Shown here one piece after another: positions 1-11,563 of a stretch of DNA of 64,000 nt. Under the pieces are notes generated by a model, which was not told where the DNA came from, did not search any database, and saw only the letters and a list, made by a program, of their open reading frames with translations. The stretch lies in assembly GCA_038087875.1 (NCBI GenBank), contig CM075988.1:21330001-21394000 (forward strand), in the 5' to 3' direction. Source of the DNA: Malacoraja senta (lineage: Eukaryota). The position numbers and the translations under genes were made by a program. Every line of letters starts with the position of its first letter. Within the stretch, counting starts at the first letter, position 1.

Positions 1-439
1 TGTTTTTAACCATACTTTCCTCCTCTATGTCTACAAAGCCCTCAATGGGCTTGCCCCCACCTACATAAAAAGTCTTCTCTGCCCCTACCACTCCACCTCC
101 AGGCCCCTCAGATCGGCCGACTTGGGGTTGCTGAATATCCCACGGTCTAGGCATAAGCTCAGGGGCGACCGCGCCTTTGCAGTTGCAGCCCCTAGACTGT
201 GGAACAGCATCCCCCTTCCCATCAGAACTGCCCCCTCCATCGACTCTTTTAAGTCAAGACTAAAAACTTATCTATACTCCCAAGCCTTTCCTGACGTCCT
301 CTGAGTGAGGGCTACATGTATATATGTATGTAGTTTGTTTGTTTATACTATTCTTATAACAAATGTAAAGCACTTTGGCCAATGAGAGTTGTTTTTTAAA
401 TGTGCTATATAAATAAATGTGACTTGACTTGACTTGACT
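1..439 (+). mobile_element. L2-clade LINE 3' end (ORF2 C-terminus, 3' UTR, (TGACT)n tail)
   Basis: ORF ending at 304 reads GDRAFAVAAPRLWNSIP...FKSRLKTYLY, the typical L2 ORF2 C-terminus. It is followed by AATAAA near 412 and (GACTT)n to 439. Confidence 0.85.
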
Positions 440-650
440 ATACATTTGGGGGCAATTCATCGAAGCCAATTAGCCTACAAACCTGCACGTCTTTGGACTG
501 TGGGAGAAAAACCGGAGCACCCGGAGAAAGCCCACGCAGGTCACGGGAAGGACACACAAACACAGCACAGAGAGGACTCACAGTCAGGATCGAAGCTGGG
601 TTTCTGGCATTGTGAGGCAGCAGCTCTACCCGCTGCGCCACTGAGCCGCA
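440..650 (-). mobile_element. HE1-like tRNA-derived V-SINE (partial)
   Basis: The reverse complement gives the head GTGGCGCAGCGGGTAGAGCTGCTGCCTCACA and the body TTTCTCCGGGTGCTCCGGTTT found in the other copies. Confidence 0.8.
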
Positions 651-895
651 CATTATCTGAAAAATGGAAAGGCAGAGTCGTGTTAATGTGAAATCAGAGT
701 CTGAAATTGTCCTTGAAAGTTTGCGGATAGGGCCAAAATGTTCAATGAAATGTTTTAAATAATAAAGGCAGACCAACCTTGAGTTTTCCGATTCCTTTAT
801 GTGGACAGTAAGATGATATTCAGGGTTCTTTTTTTTAACCATACTTTTCTCCATGCTGATTCATATCTTTCTAAATATTAAGTTCTAGTTACAAC

Positions 896-1105
896 TGTGT
901 AGGAAGGAACTACAGATTCTGGTTTACACCGAAGATAGACACAAAATGCTGGAGTAACTCAGCGGGACAGACTGCATCTCTGGAGAGAAGGAATGGGTGA
1001 CGTTCCGAATCAAGACTGAAGAAGGTTCTCGACCCGAAACGTCACCCATTCCTTCTCTCCAGAGATGCCTCCTGTCCCGCTGAGTTCCTCCGGCGGTTTG
1101 TGTAT
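896..1105. mobile_element. Penelope-like terminal-repeat derivative, inverted (palindromic) arrangement
   Basis: ACACAAAATGCTGGAGTAACTCAGCGGGACAG...GGGTGACGTT is followed by its reverse complement, with a CTGAAGAAGG..CCCGAAACGTCA core at about 1017-1044. Confidence 0.75.
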
Positions 1106-1263
1106 TTAACACTGGTCTCTTAACATTTAACATTCGCTTTCTGAATTTATAACTAAAATTTGCCTTCAGAAAAAACCCCAAAATATAATCAGAGATTGTT
1201 AGAATTGTTCAGCTGGGCAGGGAGAGGGAATGAAGAGTTTTAACACCAGATGAATATTGAGAT

Positions 1264-1390
1264 GATAGAAACATAGAAACATAGAAAAAAGGTGCAGGAG
1301 TTGGTCATTCGGCCCTTCGAGCCTGCACCGCCATTCAATATGATCATGGCTGATCATCCAACTCAGTATCCTGTACCTGCCTTCTCTCCC
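1264..1390 (-). mobile_element. CR1/HER1-type LINE 3' end with (ATAGAAAC)n tail
   Basis: The minus strand reads GATCAGCCATGATCATATTGAATGGCGGTGCAGGCTCGAAGGGCCGAATG followed by an octamer tail. The motif recurs many times and is attached to CR1 ORF2 at 26192-26795. Confidence 0.8.
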
Positions 1391-1712
1391 TTTAGCCACA
1401 TGATGATCTAACATGCACGCTAAGTACTCAAACTTAACATGGAGCAGGAACTAACGGCAGTGTATTGAATTAACTTCATTTTTCTGCATGGCTAACGATG
1501 TTTCTTGGTTTTAATTGAAGTTTCTACAGTTCTTCCTTCATTGGAATGCTGTAATGAAGTTTGACTTTTGAATTAATTGTGGAAATCAATAAAAAATAAA
1601 CGGGAGGAGATTTGGCGGATAATATATTCGAAGGTTGCAGGAGAGGTTGTTGAATCTCAGCTCTGCCACATTGGAGGCATTTTGGCCGAAGAAATCTCTG
1701 TCAGAATTGTCA

Positions 1713-2019
1713 GGGGCGGCACAGTGGCCCAGCGGTAGAGTTGCTGCCTTACAAAACCAGGACACAACTTCAAAGGGAAAATGACTACGGGCGTTGTCTG
1801 TGCGGAGTTTGCACGTTCTCCCCGTGATCTGCGTGGCTTTTCTCCGAGATCTTCGGTTTCCTCCCACACTCCAAAGGTTTGTAGGTTAATTGGCTTGGTA
1901 TGAATGTAAATTGTCCCTAGTGTGTGAAGGACAGTGTTAACGTGCGAGGATCGCTGGTCAGTGCACTATGGGCTGAAGGGCCTGTTCTGCGCTGTATCTC
2001 TAAACTAAACTAAACTAAA
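1713..2019 (+). mobile_element. HE1-like V-SINE, near full length
   Basis: tRNA-like head GGGGCGGCACAGTGGCCCAGCGGTAGAG, central V-domain-type body, CR1-like tail GGGCTGAAGGGCCTGT and (CTAAA)n. Confidence 0.85.
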
Positions 2020-2384
2020 GAACCTCACTGCAAACCGTTCTAAATAGTAATAAAGAACTTCAATATCCTTCTCGTTCACAATTGTCAACTTTTTAAAGAT
2101 ATTTTTATTTAACATGCATGCATTGATGGTCAAATCAGAAAAAAGAAAATCTTTGGATGAAGTTTGGATGAAAACAGTGGAGTTTCAGTGTCCATGTACC
2201 GTGCGTTCGTGCTGAAGCTTCCTGAGCTGAACCCATGCATTCCTTCTGCTGTTTGTACAGTTGCTTCATGTTGTCACCATCAGTACATGGTCAGTACGGT
2301 CACATGTGTCACCAATTACTGGTTGAGTAAAGGACACCCAAAAACCAACACGTCATACATAAGATGTTTAACATATGATGAGCA

Positions 2385-2540
2385 GTTCAGTTTCAGTTTA
2401 GTTTATTGTCACATGTACCGAGGTACGGTGAAAAGCTTTTGTCGCCTGCTAACCAGTCAGCAGAAAGACATGATTACAATCGGGCTGTTTAAAGTGTATA
2501 GATACAGGATAAGGGAATAACGTTTAGTGCAAGGTAAAGC
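2385..2540 (-). mobile_element. Rex1/Babar-type LINE 3' UTR fragment
   Basis: Same tail (CTGTACCTCGGTACATGTGACAATAAACTAAAC on the element strand) as the one joined to a Rex1-like ORF C-terminus at 21580-22240. Confidence 0.65.
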
Positions 2541-2967
2541 ACTGGGCCTGTACTCGCTAGAGTTTAGAAGGATCGGGTGGGGGTGTGGGGGAGCCTCATT
2601 GAAACTTACTGAACAAGTGAAAGGCCTGGATAGAGTGGATGTGGAGTGGATGTGGAAAGGATGTTTCCACTAGTGGGAGAGTCTTGGACCAGAGGTCATA
2701 GCCTCAGAATAAAACGGTGAGGAGGAATTTCTTTAGTCAGAGGGGGATGAATCTGTGGAATTCATTGCCACAGACGGCTGTGGAGGCAAAGTCAATGGAT
2801 ATTTTTAAGGTAGAGATTGATAGATTCTTCATTAGTACGGGTGTCACGGGTAATGGGGAGAAGATTCCGAACTAGAATTGGGTTGAGAGGGAAAGATGGA
2901 TCAGCCATGATTGAATAGTGGGGTAGACTTGATGGGCCGAATGGCCTAATTTTGCTCCTAGAATTTA

Positions 2968-3422
2968 AGGGCCTGTACCACGGGCATGTGACTCCATGCG
3001 GCAAGCGCGACCTAACCGCAAGCGTGGGCCGCGCGAGGGCCGCGCGGAGGTCGCGGGGCCGGTCCCACTTCGATCGCGGGAGCCGCATGGAGTTGTGCGG
3101 AGCTGGTCCCGGCATCGCGCGGGGCTCCGAAAAACTGACACTGTTCAAAAATTCCATGCGGCAACGGCCTTCCGCCCCGCAGCCGCATCGAGGCCGTGCG
3201 CGCCGCCTCGCCGCCGTACGCACCGCCTCGCCGCCGTACGCACCGTCTTGACGGCACTCGACCTCCGCGCGTCCCCCGCTTCCGATTTGGTAGCGCTTGC
3301 CGCATGCAGCCGCATGCTGGTGGGACCGGCCCTGTACGGGGATCACTCGACCTCCGCGCGGCCCCCGCTTGCGGTTAGCTCGCGCTTGTCGCGTGGAGTC
3401 GCATGCCCGTGGGACAGGCCCT
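2968..3422. mobile_element. Non-autonomous DNA transposon (MITE), PIF/Harbinger-like
   Basis: ~55-bp imperfect TIRs AGGGCCTGTACCACGGGCATG... and ...CATGCCCGTGGGACAGGCCCT, flanked by TTA/TAA. GC-rich non-coding interior; inserted into a CR1 tail. Confidence 0.8.
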
Positions 3423-3832
3423 TAATGAACATGAAATAACAAAACTAAGATGTCGATGTTAATTGTAAATCTTGGCAAGAATTTTACTCCTAAAAGAGGG
3501 AGAGTTTTCAAAATGGTGCTTTTTTAAAATTATACGTGGATTGTCACTTTAAATCTGACTCCATTCATTTTTAATTAATTAACACAAAAATATCCATGAC
3601 ATATAACCTGATAGGAATATACCACTTTCATGGGATCATATTGTGACTGAGAGCACTGTTTGATCTATCCATTTTCATCTCCCAAAAAGGCACTTTATAA
3701 TTTGTGCTGCAGTATAATTTGTGGTCATTGTGAGGCCTGTAATTCGAATAAAGGCTTCATGCCTATCTGACTAAAAAGGGAGTACTCTGCACAGAATAAT
3801 GTCAAGCAGTCTTGCTGGTACCTTGAAAGTCT

Positions 3833-4137
3833 TTTAGTTTAGTTTAGTTTAGAGAGACAGCGCGGAAACAGGCCTTTCGGCCCACCGAGTCCGCGCCGAC
3901 CAGCGATCCCCGCACATTAACACTTTCCTACGCAGACTAGAGACAATTTACACTACAAACCTGTACGTCTTCGGAGTGTGGGAGGAAACCGGAGCACCCG
4001 GAGAAAACCCACGCAGGTCACGGGGAGAACGTACAAACTCCGTACAGACGGGACCCGGAGTCAGGATCGAACCTGAATCCCTGGCGCTGTAAGTGCTGCT
4101 AGGCAGCAACTCTACCGCTGCGCCATGCCGGGCTGCC
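3833..4137 (-). mobile_element. HE1-like V-SINE, near full length
   Basis: (TTTAG)n tail, CR1-like tail, body and tRNA-like head (GGTTCGATCC B-box-like) on the minus strand. Confidence 0.85.
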
Positions 4138-4142
4138 ATATT

Positions 4143-4480
4143 TAGAGTCATAGAGTCACAGTGTGGAATATAGTGTGGAATATAGTGTGGAAACAGGCCC
4201 TTCGGCCCAACTTGCCCACACCGGCCAACATGTCCCAGCTGCATTAGTCCCACCTGCCTGCGCTTGGTCCATATCCCTCCAAACCATGTACCTGTCTAAC
4301 TGATTCATAAACGTTGGGATAGTTCCAGCCTCAACTACCTCCTCTGGCAGTTTGTTCCATACACCCATCACCCTTTGTGTGAAAAAGTTACCCCTCAGAT
4401 TCCCATTAAATTTTTTCCCCTTCACCTTGAACCCATGTCCTCTGGTCCTCGAAACCCCAACTCTGGGCAAGAGACTGTCC
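4143..4480 (-). mobile_element. CR1-clade LINE 3' end
   Basis: Translation SRTRGHGFKVKGKKF...FFTQRVMGVWNKLPEEVVEAGT is the CR1 ORF2 C-terminus; (CATAGAGT) tail. Confidence 0.85.
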
Positions 4481-5640
4481 ATTCCAATTGCCTACGCTGA
4501 TTCTTGCCACCGTGTAACGGGTGAGGTCCAGAATGATGCGTTGCCTTGCATCTGTAGTCAGTGCTTAGACAGCACAGTGATGCTCCAGTCCTATTGTTTC
4601 CAATGTAGATAAAACCAAGCAGCTGTTAAGGCTAGATTAGCATCATGCCTTGTGGGCATGATATCTGTACCTATCTTAATCCATTGACAAGATTCCCAAT
4701 ATAACAAAAATGAGAAGAGACAATATTTTAGTTGGCTCATAAAAAAAGTATTATAATAGTTTAAATTTTCCCTTTTAATTTTTGTTGTTGCAATAAGTAG
4801 AAAACTATGTTCAGACTTTAGACTTCAGATTTTAAGCGTTAAAGGTACACCATGGAAACAGGCCCATCGGCCCACCGAGTCCGTGCCAACCAGCGATCAT
4901 CCCCATACACTGTCACTACCCTACACACTAGGGACAATTGTCTATTATTTTTTCCCAAAGCAAATTAATCTACAAACCTGCACGTCTTTGGAGTGTGGAT
5001 CGAAGCAGGAGCTCCCGTAGAAAACCCAGGCAGTCACAGGGGGAACGTACCAACTCCATACGGACAGCACCCGTAGATAGGATGGAACCCGGGTCTGTGG
5101 CGCTGTAAGGCAGCAACTCTACCGCTGCGCCACCGTGCCGCCACATCTTGACCCACACACTGCAAGCAGCATGGAGAGGCAACCAAACTTCCTCCATGAT
5201 AACGCTCCAACACCACTGCCTCACAAGGATGTGTTCTCAGCCCCTTACTATATCTGGACACTCACAACTGTGAGGGCAAATTCTGCTCTAACTCCATTCA
5301 CAGATTTGCAGATGATACCACCATAGTGTCTCGATACTATGGATCTCGACCAAGGAAAAGAGGGTGGACAGGAAGGAGAAAGAGAGCCGAGTTACATGGC
5401 AGCAGGATTAGTTCAGTGTATTATTATCACATGTATCGAAGTACAGTGAAAAACGTTGTATTTGCGTGTGGCATGATTGTACTCATGCATAGTATGATTT
5501 GACTGCACAGCAAGCAAACAACGTTTTTTTCACTGTATCTCGGTTCACATGACACCGATGGGTGTTAGGGGTTATGGGGGGGGAAGGCACGAGAATGGGG
5601 TTAGGAGGGGGAGATAGATCAGCCATGATTGAATGGCAGA

Positions 5641-6313
5641 GTGTTGTCCCTTGAAGACAGAAAAAGGTGGATTTATTATGGGGAACAAGGAAATGGCAGA
5701 TGAGTTGAACAGGTGCTTTGGTTCTGTCTTCACTAAGGAAGACACAAACAATCTTCCAGATGTACTAGGGGACAGAGGAACTAGGGTAATGGAGGAACCG
5801 AAGGAAATTCACATTAGTCAGGAAATGGTGTTGGATAGACTGATGGGATTGAAGGCTGATAAATCCCCTGGGCATGATGGTCTGCATCCCAGGGCACTCA
5901 AGGAGGTGGCTCTAGAAATCGTGGATGCATTGGTGATCATTTTCCAATGTTCTATAGACTCTGGATCAGTTCCTGTGGATTGAAGGGTAGCTAATGTTAT
6001 CCCACTTTTCAAGAAAGAAGGGAGAGATAAAGCAGAGAATTATAGACCAGTTAGCCTGACATCGGTGGTGGGGAAGATGCTGGAGTCAATTATCAAAGAT
6101 GTAATAGCAGCACATTTGGATAGCAGTAACAGGATCGGTCTGAGTCAGCGTGGATTTACAAAGGGGAAATCATGCTTTACTAATCTTCTGGAATTTTTTG
6201 AGGATGTAACTAGGAAAATGGACAAGGGAGAGCCAGTAGATGTAGTGTACCTGGACTTTCATTAAGCATTTGATAAGGTCCCACATAGGAGATTAGTGGG
6301 CAGAATTAGAGCA
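5641..6313 (+). mobile_element. CR1-clade LINE ORF2 fragment (linker and start of RT), degenerate
   Basis: Reads KSPGHDGLHPRALKE...D*RVANVIPLFKK...NYRPVSLTSVVGKMLESII...GFTKGKSCFTNLLEFFE...VDVVYLDF, with in-frame stops. Confidence 0.9.
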
Positions 6314-6587
6314 ATGAATTTCACAGATTCACCACCCTCTGACTAAAGAAATTCCTCCTCATCTCCTTTCTAAAGGTATGTCCTTTTATTCTGAGGCTGT
6401 GCCCTCTGGTCCTGGACTCCCCCACCATGCCCCAGTTCCTAACTTCTTATCACCGATAATAAATTAATACCAATACCGAAGTATTTCCAAACATCAGTCC
6501 CATGTTCCCCATGTTCCTCTGATACTTGGCAACTTTACCAGGAGAACTTATTATCGTGACGTCATAAAAAATCTAATTAAATTACTT

Positions 6588-7012
6588 TTCTGTCCTGGGC
6601 CTCCTCCATTGTCACCATGACGCCCCCGCATATATTGCAGGAACAGCACCTCATATTTTACTTGGGCAGTTTGCACCCCAGTGGAATGAACATTGACTTC
6701 TCCAACTGCAGGCAACCCTTGCATTCCCTCTCCCTCCGACCCTCCCCCACCCTCGTCGTCCTGCTAGTTTCACTGTTCGTATCCCTTCATTATCACCTCC
6801 TCCACAGCCAACAATGGACCATTGTGGGCTCCACCTTTCCTGAGTCATCGGTGCCGGCTCTGATTTGTCCTGTACCTTTTCATACCTCCAGCTTCCCTCT
6901 CCCCCGACTCTCGTTCTGAGGAGGGAGTCTCGACCCGAATTGTCACCTATTCCCTTTCTCCAGAGATGCTGCCCGACCCGCTGAGTTGCTCCAGCGTTTT
7001 GTGTCCACCTTC
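6588..7012 (+). mobile_element. Penelope-like element 3' end: GIY-YIG endonuclease C-terminus plus terminal repeat
   Basis: VLGLLHC...QEQHLIFYLGSLHPSGMNIDFSN matches the Penelope endonuclease C-terminal pattern E..LI..L.(T/S)L.P.G(L/M)N. It runs directly into the terminal repeat (6915-7012) that is dispersed across the window. Confidence 0.8.
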
Positions 7013-7719
7013 ATTAAATGTGGCCTGGGGAATTAAGGGGGTGTGCCATCCACTGTCAGGGAAAATCAGCATTTCAGCCACTGCCAAAGTGCTGAAACCG
7101 CAGAGTTCCACGTTTTAACTTCAGCCTGATGAATAAATGATGTCGGCACCTTCCAATTTGGTGATGACTCCCAGCAGAACATCTTGTCATTGAAGAGACA
7201 CGGAGCTCTTCTGAGGCATCATGTTCAGACACCAGCCTCGATGTACAGATACGGACGGGATTTACAGGGGGAGCAGCAAACATGAGAGCGTTTCACAAAT
7301 TTCCAGCGTATTTACTCGCAACAAGAAACATTTTGGCAGAAGGAGATGATTAGCATTTTAACACCAGTCCGCGGTGAGGCAAAGTGACGGGATCCAGACT
7401 TCTCCACGGAAACGTCACAGCTGTCAGACAAAGAGGTACGATGAGAGATGGTTCATGCAGTCGTTAATGGTGAAAGCTCTTCTGGAGGTGGGCCTGTCTG
7501 CTCATTAGTGTTGAGTGAGAATCTAATGTCAACGTACTTCAATCGGAGAGCATCAACATAGAACACTGATGTTTCGATGTACTCGTCCTAGATTGCCTCG
7601 GTGTAGATACATGTTTGATGTTTCCCCCCCCCCCCCCCCCCCATTCTTCTCCGTTCGTTGGCTGGCAACAGAATCACAAGGATACTGCAGATGGTACGTT
7701 GGACAAGCAAGGTGAAGGG

Positions 7720-8068
7720 ACAGTGTTTAACGTGGGAAGACTGGTGCACAGACAGCCACCCCACGGTCCTTGACAGATCTGGGTCAGGATCCAGTGGCAT
7801 GGAGACCAAGACGACCGGAGACCCTTTTCTGCTGCAACCTTCATCCGCCTTCCCAGCCGTTGTGACGCTCCACTAAGGTCAGCCATCGTCCTCCGCCTGT
7901 TCCACCGTTGAGGTCTTGGTTGGATTGCTCTTTGTCAGAGACCTCCCACTCGACCGTACCACCGTGGGTGGCCCTACCAGGAGCAAAGCTCCAGACGGCA
8001 TCGCTCTCAGGATCTCAGGTCCAGACAAGCTTCTCCACCACGACAAGGTGACAATCCACGGAGAAGAC
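7720..8068 (-). mobile_element. RTE-clade-derived non-coding element (RTE-type 5' UTR)
   Basis: The minus strand begins CTTCTCCGTGGATTGTCACCTTGTCGTGGTGGAGAAGCTTG...GGTAGGGCCACCCA...CTGACAAAGAGCAATCC, resembling BovB/Expander-type RTE 5' ends. A partial second copy is at 28961-29152. Confidence 0.65.
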
Positions 8069-8165
8069 CATCCACAGTCAGTATCCTCGACACATAGCTG
8101 GTCAGCGTTCCCCTGCTGGGAAGATGGAGCTCTTGGTTCCTTGAAAAGACCTGAACAAGATTAGA

Positions 8166-8371
8166 CACAAAAAGCTGGAGTAACTCAGCGGGACAGGCAG
8201 CATCTCTGGAGAGAAGGAATGGGTGACGTTTCGGGTCGAGACCCTTCTTCAGACTGATGTCTTGACCAGAAACGGCACCGATTCCTTCCCTCCAGAGATG
8301 CTGCCTGTCCCGCTGAGTAACTCCAGCTTTGTGTGTCTATCTTCGGTTCCAACCATCACCTGCAGTTCGTT
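8166..8371. mobile_element. Penelope terminal-repeat derivative, palindromic, with 16-bp TSD
   Basis: Inverted arms flanked by CCTGAACAAGATTAGA and CCTGAACAGGATTAGA. Confidence 0.75.
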
Positions 8372-9249
8372 CCTGAACAGGATTAGAGGTGGACATTTGG
8401 ATAATGGATATTTTGGAAAACTTGTTCCAAGTAGGGCACTGTGGCGCAGCGGTAGATTTGTTCCTCACAGCACCAGAAACCAAGTTCGGGTGCTGACTCT
8501 ACGGAGTTTGCACGTTCTCCCTGTGACCACCTGGGTTTTCTCCGGGTGCTCCAGTCTCTTCTCACATTTGCCTCCACCGCCCTCTGAGGCAGAGAATTCC
8601 ACAGACTCACCACTCTCTGTGAGAAAAAGTGTTTCCTCGTCTCCGTTCTAAATGGCTTACTCCTTATTCTTAAACTGTGGCCCCTGGTTCTGGACTCCCC
8701 CAACATCGGGAACATGTTTCCTGCCTCTAGCGCGTCCAAGCCCTTAATAATCTTCAACAATGTGATAATAATGTAGTCATTCATTCATTAAACATGCACA
8801 CAAGGTGATGGGTAATATCAAATGAAGCATTGGATACGACCAGGTTTAAAGCACGTTGTTCAAGCGGTTGTCTCGGACTAAACAGCTTTCAGATTCTGGC
8901 CCTGACTTTGTCAACAAGGCAAACAGAAATACATCTGTTTCATAGTAGTTGAGGTGGGGTGAGAATAAGAGCGGTCATTATTTACTGCAAACATTTGCCC
9001 CAGATCTTACCGCTCGCTCCTCTTTGATTTCCCTTCACTTCAGTAAACAGGAGTTGATGCACAATGAAGGGCCGCAGCTGAGTCCACAAATTGTGGCCTC
9101 ACTCGGAAAAGTCACCATGAGAGGGGCACATGGAACCGCAGGTGCTGGTTTGCAACACACACAAAAAAAGAGACCAAGTGCTGGAGTAACTCAGCGGGTC
9201 AGGCAGCATCTCTGGAGAACGTGGAAAGGCGATGTTTCGGGTCGGGACC

Positions 9250-9303
9250 AGGGTGGGAGATTGCAACCTTCACTTGGTCCACCCTGTTTCGACTAATGCA
9301 ATC
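9250..9303 (+). ncRNA. HDV-like self-cleaving ribozyme fold
   Basis: P1 AGGGUGG/CCACCCU; P2 GAUUGCA/UGCAAUC; P3 ACC/GGU; L3 UUCACUU; minimal P4 around UUCG; J4/2 CUAA with the catalytic-C equivalent at 9293. Confidence 0.75.
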
Positions 9304-9372
9304 AACCCAACTAATAGATCAAATCGAACAAGTTGACCTACAACTGTGCACGCCATTAGCAAGAAGAAGAAG
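9250..9372 (+). mobile_element. Short non-autonomous retroelement with 5' HDV-like ribozyme and (GAA)n tail (Vingi-dependent candidate), copy 1
   Basis: Inserted inside a Penelope repeat with a degenerate TSD (GGGTCGGGAC / GGGTAGGGGAC). Homologous to 54268-54601 and ends GCACGCCATTAGCAAGAAGAAGAAG. Confidence 0.8.
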
Positions 9373-10583
9373 GGTAGGGGACTCTTCTTCAGACTGATCG
9401 GTATGTAGAAGGGTCTCGACCCGAAACACCCCCCCACCCCACCCATTTTCTCCAAAGATGCTGCCTGACCCACTGAGTTACTCCAGCACTTTGTGTCTAC
9501 CTTTAGGATTAACCAGCATCTGCAGTTCCTTTTAATGATATTCCTATTTATGGTGCCTCAGTCAAGTCTCCAGTTCACCTGGAGATGTTCTTCTTCCAAT
9601 ACTTCGAATATTAGCTCCAAGATACAAACTCCAGTAATCTGCCAACCCAATGGTCCAGCATTTAGATGACTCAACCAGAGCTCCAGTTTCCCAACCTTGT
9701 TCAGAGACGAGGCCCGGGCATTAACTGGGAGTTGGGAGTCTGGGATTAACTGGGAGTCAGACAGCAGGGAAACAGGCCCTTCACCCCAAATCATCTGGAC
9801 CAACTGAGCTGCTCCATCTAGTCCCATTTGCCCACGTTTAACCCAGATCCCTCCAAACCTTCCCTGTCCATGTACCTCTCAAAAGGGCACTGCCTCAAAA
9901 AGGCAGCCGGCATCGTCACCACCCTGGGCACGCTCTCATTTCACTCCTGCCATTGGGAAGAAAGTACAGGAGTCTGAAAACCGTGACTTCCAGGTTTCCA
10001 GGTTCAGGAGCAGCTTCTTCCCAGAAGCCATCAGGTTCCTGAACACTGCATAACACCAACTAAACTATGAATTACAAACTGGCTTGGTCACGCTGGGGAT
10101 TTGGGGCTTTTGTTTCGAAAGACTATAGGTTTTATTTTTAATTATTGAACTGTTCTATTTGCTGATTATGTTACCTATGAGTTCTGTGTCTACAAACCAG
10201 TTATGCTGCAGCAAGTAAGAATCTCATTATTCTGTTTTTGGCACAATTCAACACTCTCGACTCTCCTGATCCTTGTCTCTCAAATGTTGTTTTCGTACCA
10301 GCCTCAACTACCTGCTCCGGCAGCTCGTTCCATATAAACCACCACCCTCTGAGGGAATAAGTTGCCTCTCAGGGCCCATGACACGAGAACCCTGGAAGAT
10401 TTAATGGCAGAGTCTTACTTGAGTTTAGTTTAATTGAGAGATACAGCACGGAAACGGGCCCTTCGGCCCACCGAGTCCGCGCTGACCACCGATCCCCATA
10501 CACTAGCACTATCCTACACAATAGGGGCAATTTGCAATTTTTACCAAAGCCGAATTAACCTACAAACCTGTACATCTTTGGAG

Positions 10584-10930
10584 TGATAGCGTCATAGAGT
10601 GATACAGTGTGGAAACAGGCCCTTCGGCCCAACTCGCCCACACTGGCCAACAATGTCCCAGCTGCCCTAGTCACACTTGCCTGCGCTTGGTCCATAACCC
10701 GCCAAACCTGTCCTACCCATGTACCTGTCCAACTGTTTATTAAACGATGGGATAGTCCCAGCCTCTGGCAGCTTGTTCCATACACCCACCACCCTCTGTG
10801 TGAAAAAGCTACCCCTCAGATTCCTATTAAATCTTTTCCCCTTCACCTTGAACCTATGTCCTCTGATCCTCGATTCCCCTACTCTGGGCATGAGACTCTG
10901 TGCATCTACCCGGTCTATTTCTCTCATGAC
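10584..10930 (-). mobile_element. CR1-clade LINE 3' end
   Basis: Translation IDRVDAQSLMPRVGESRIRGHRFKVKG...FFTQRVVGVWNKLPE. Confidence 0.85.
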
Positions 10931-11231
10931 CATGATGAGTGTGGGAGGAATGGTCTGGATGTTATCCCACTTTCGCATCCTCTCTTTACATACTAGGGGC
11001 AATTTATAGGGGCCAATTAACCTACACACCCACACGTGTTGGGACTGTGGGGGGGGGGGGGGGAAGGGGAGCACTCGGAGGAAACCCACTCAGTCACAGG
11101 GAGAACGTGCAAGCTCCACACATTGAGCTCCTGAGGTCAGGATCGAACCCTGGTCTCCGGTGCTGCGAGGCAGCAGTTCTACCCGCTGCACACCTGTGCC
11201 GCACTTTAGGTAAGTGTGGATTTTAAACACA

Positions 11232-11563
11232 CTCTCTCTCTCTCCCTCTCTCCCTCTCTCCCTCTCTCCCTCTCTCCCTCTCTCCCTCTCTCCCTCTCTC
11301 CCTCTCTCCCTCCCTGCCTCCCTCCCTCTCTCCCTCTCTCCCTCTCTCCCTCTTTCCCTCTCTCCCTCTCTCCCTCTCTCCCTCTCTCCCTCTCTCCCTC
11401 TCTCCCTCTCTCCCTCTCTCCCTCCCTCCCTCCCTCCCTCTCTCCCTCTCTCCCTCTCTCCCTCTCTCCCTCTCTCCCTCTCTCCCTCTCTCGCTCTCTC
11501 CCTCTCTCCCTCCCTTCCTCCCTCCCTCCCTCCCTCCCTCCCTCCCTCCCTCTCTCTCTCTCT
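11232..11563. repeat. Polypyrimidine microsatellite, mainly (CCCTCTCT)n with (CCCT)n patches
   Basis: Read directly: about 330 bp almost entirely C/T. Confidence 0.95.

Noticed and set aside
2792..3439. GC-rich ORFs or CpG-island promoter
   Set aside because: Explained by a TIR-bounded MITE; the GC-rich ORF clusters at 56853-57604, 61047-61824 and 62643-63353 also lie in mobile elements.
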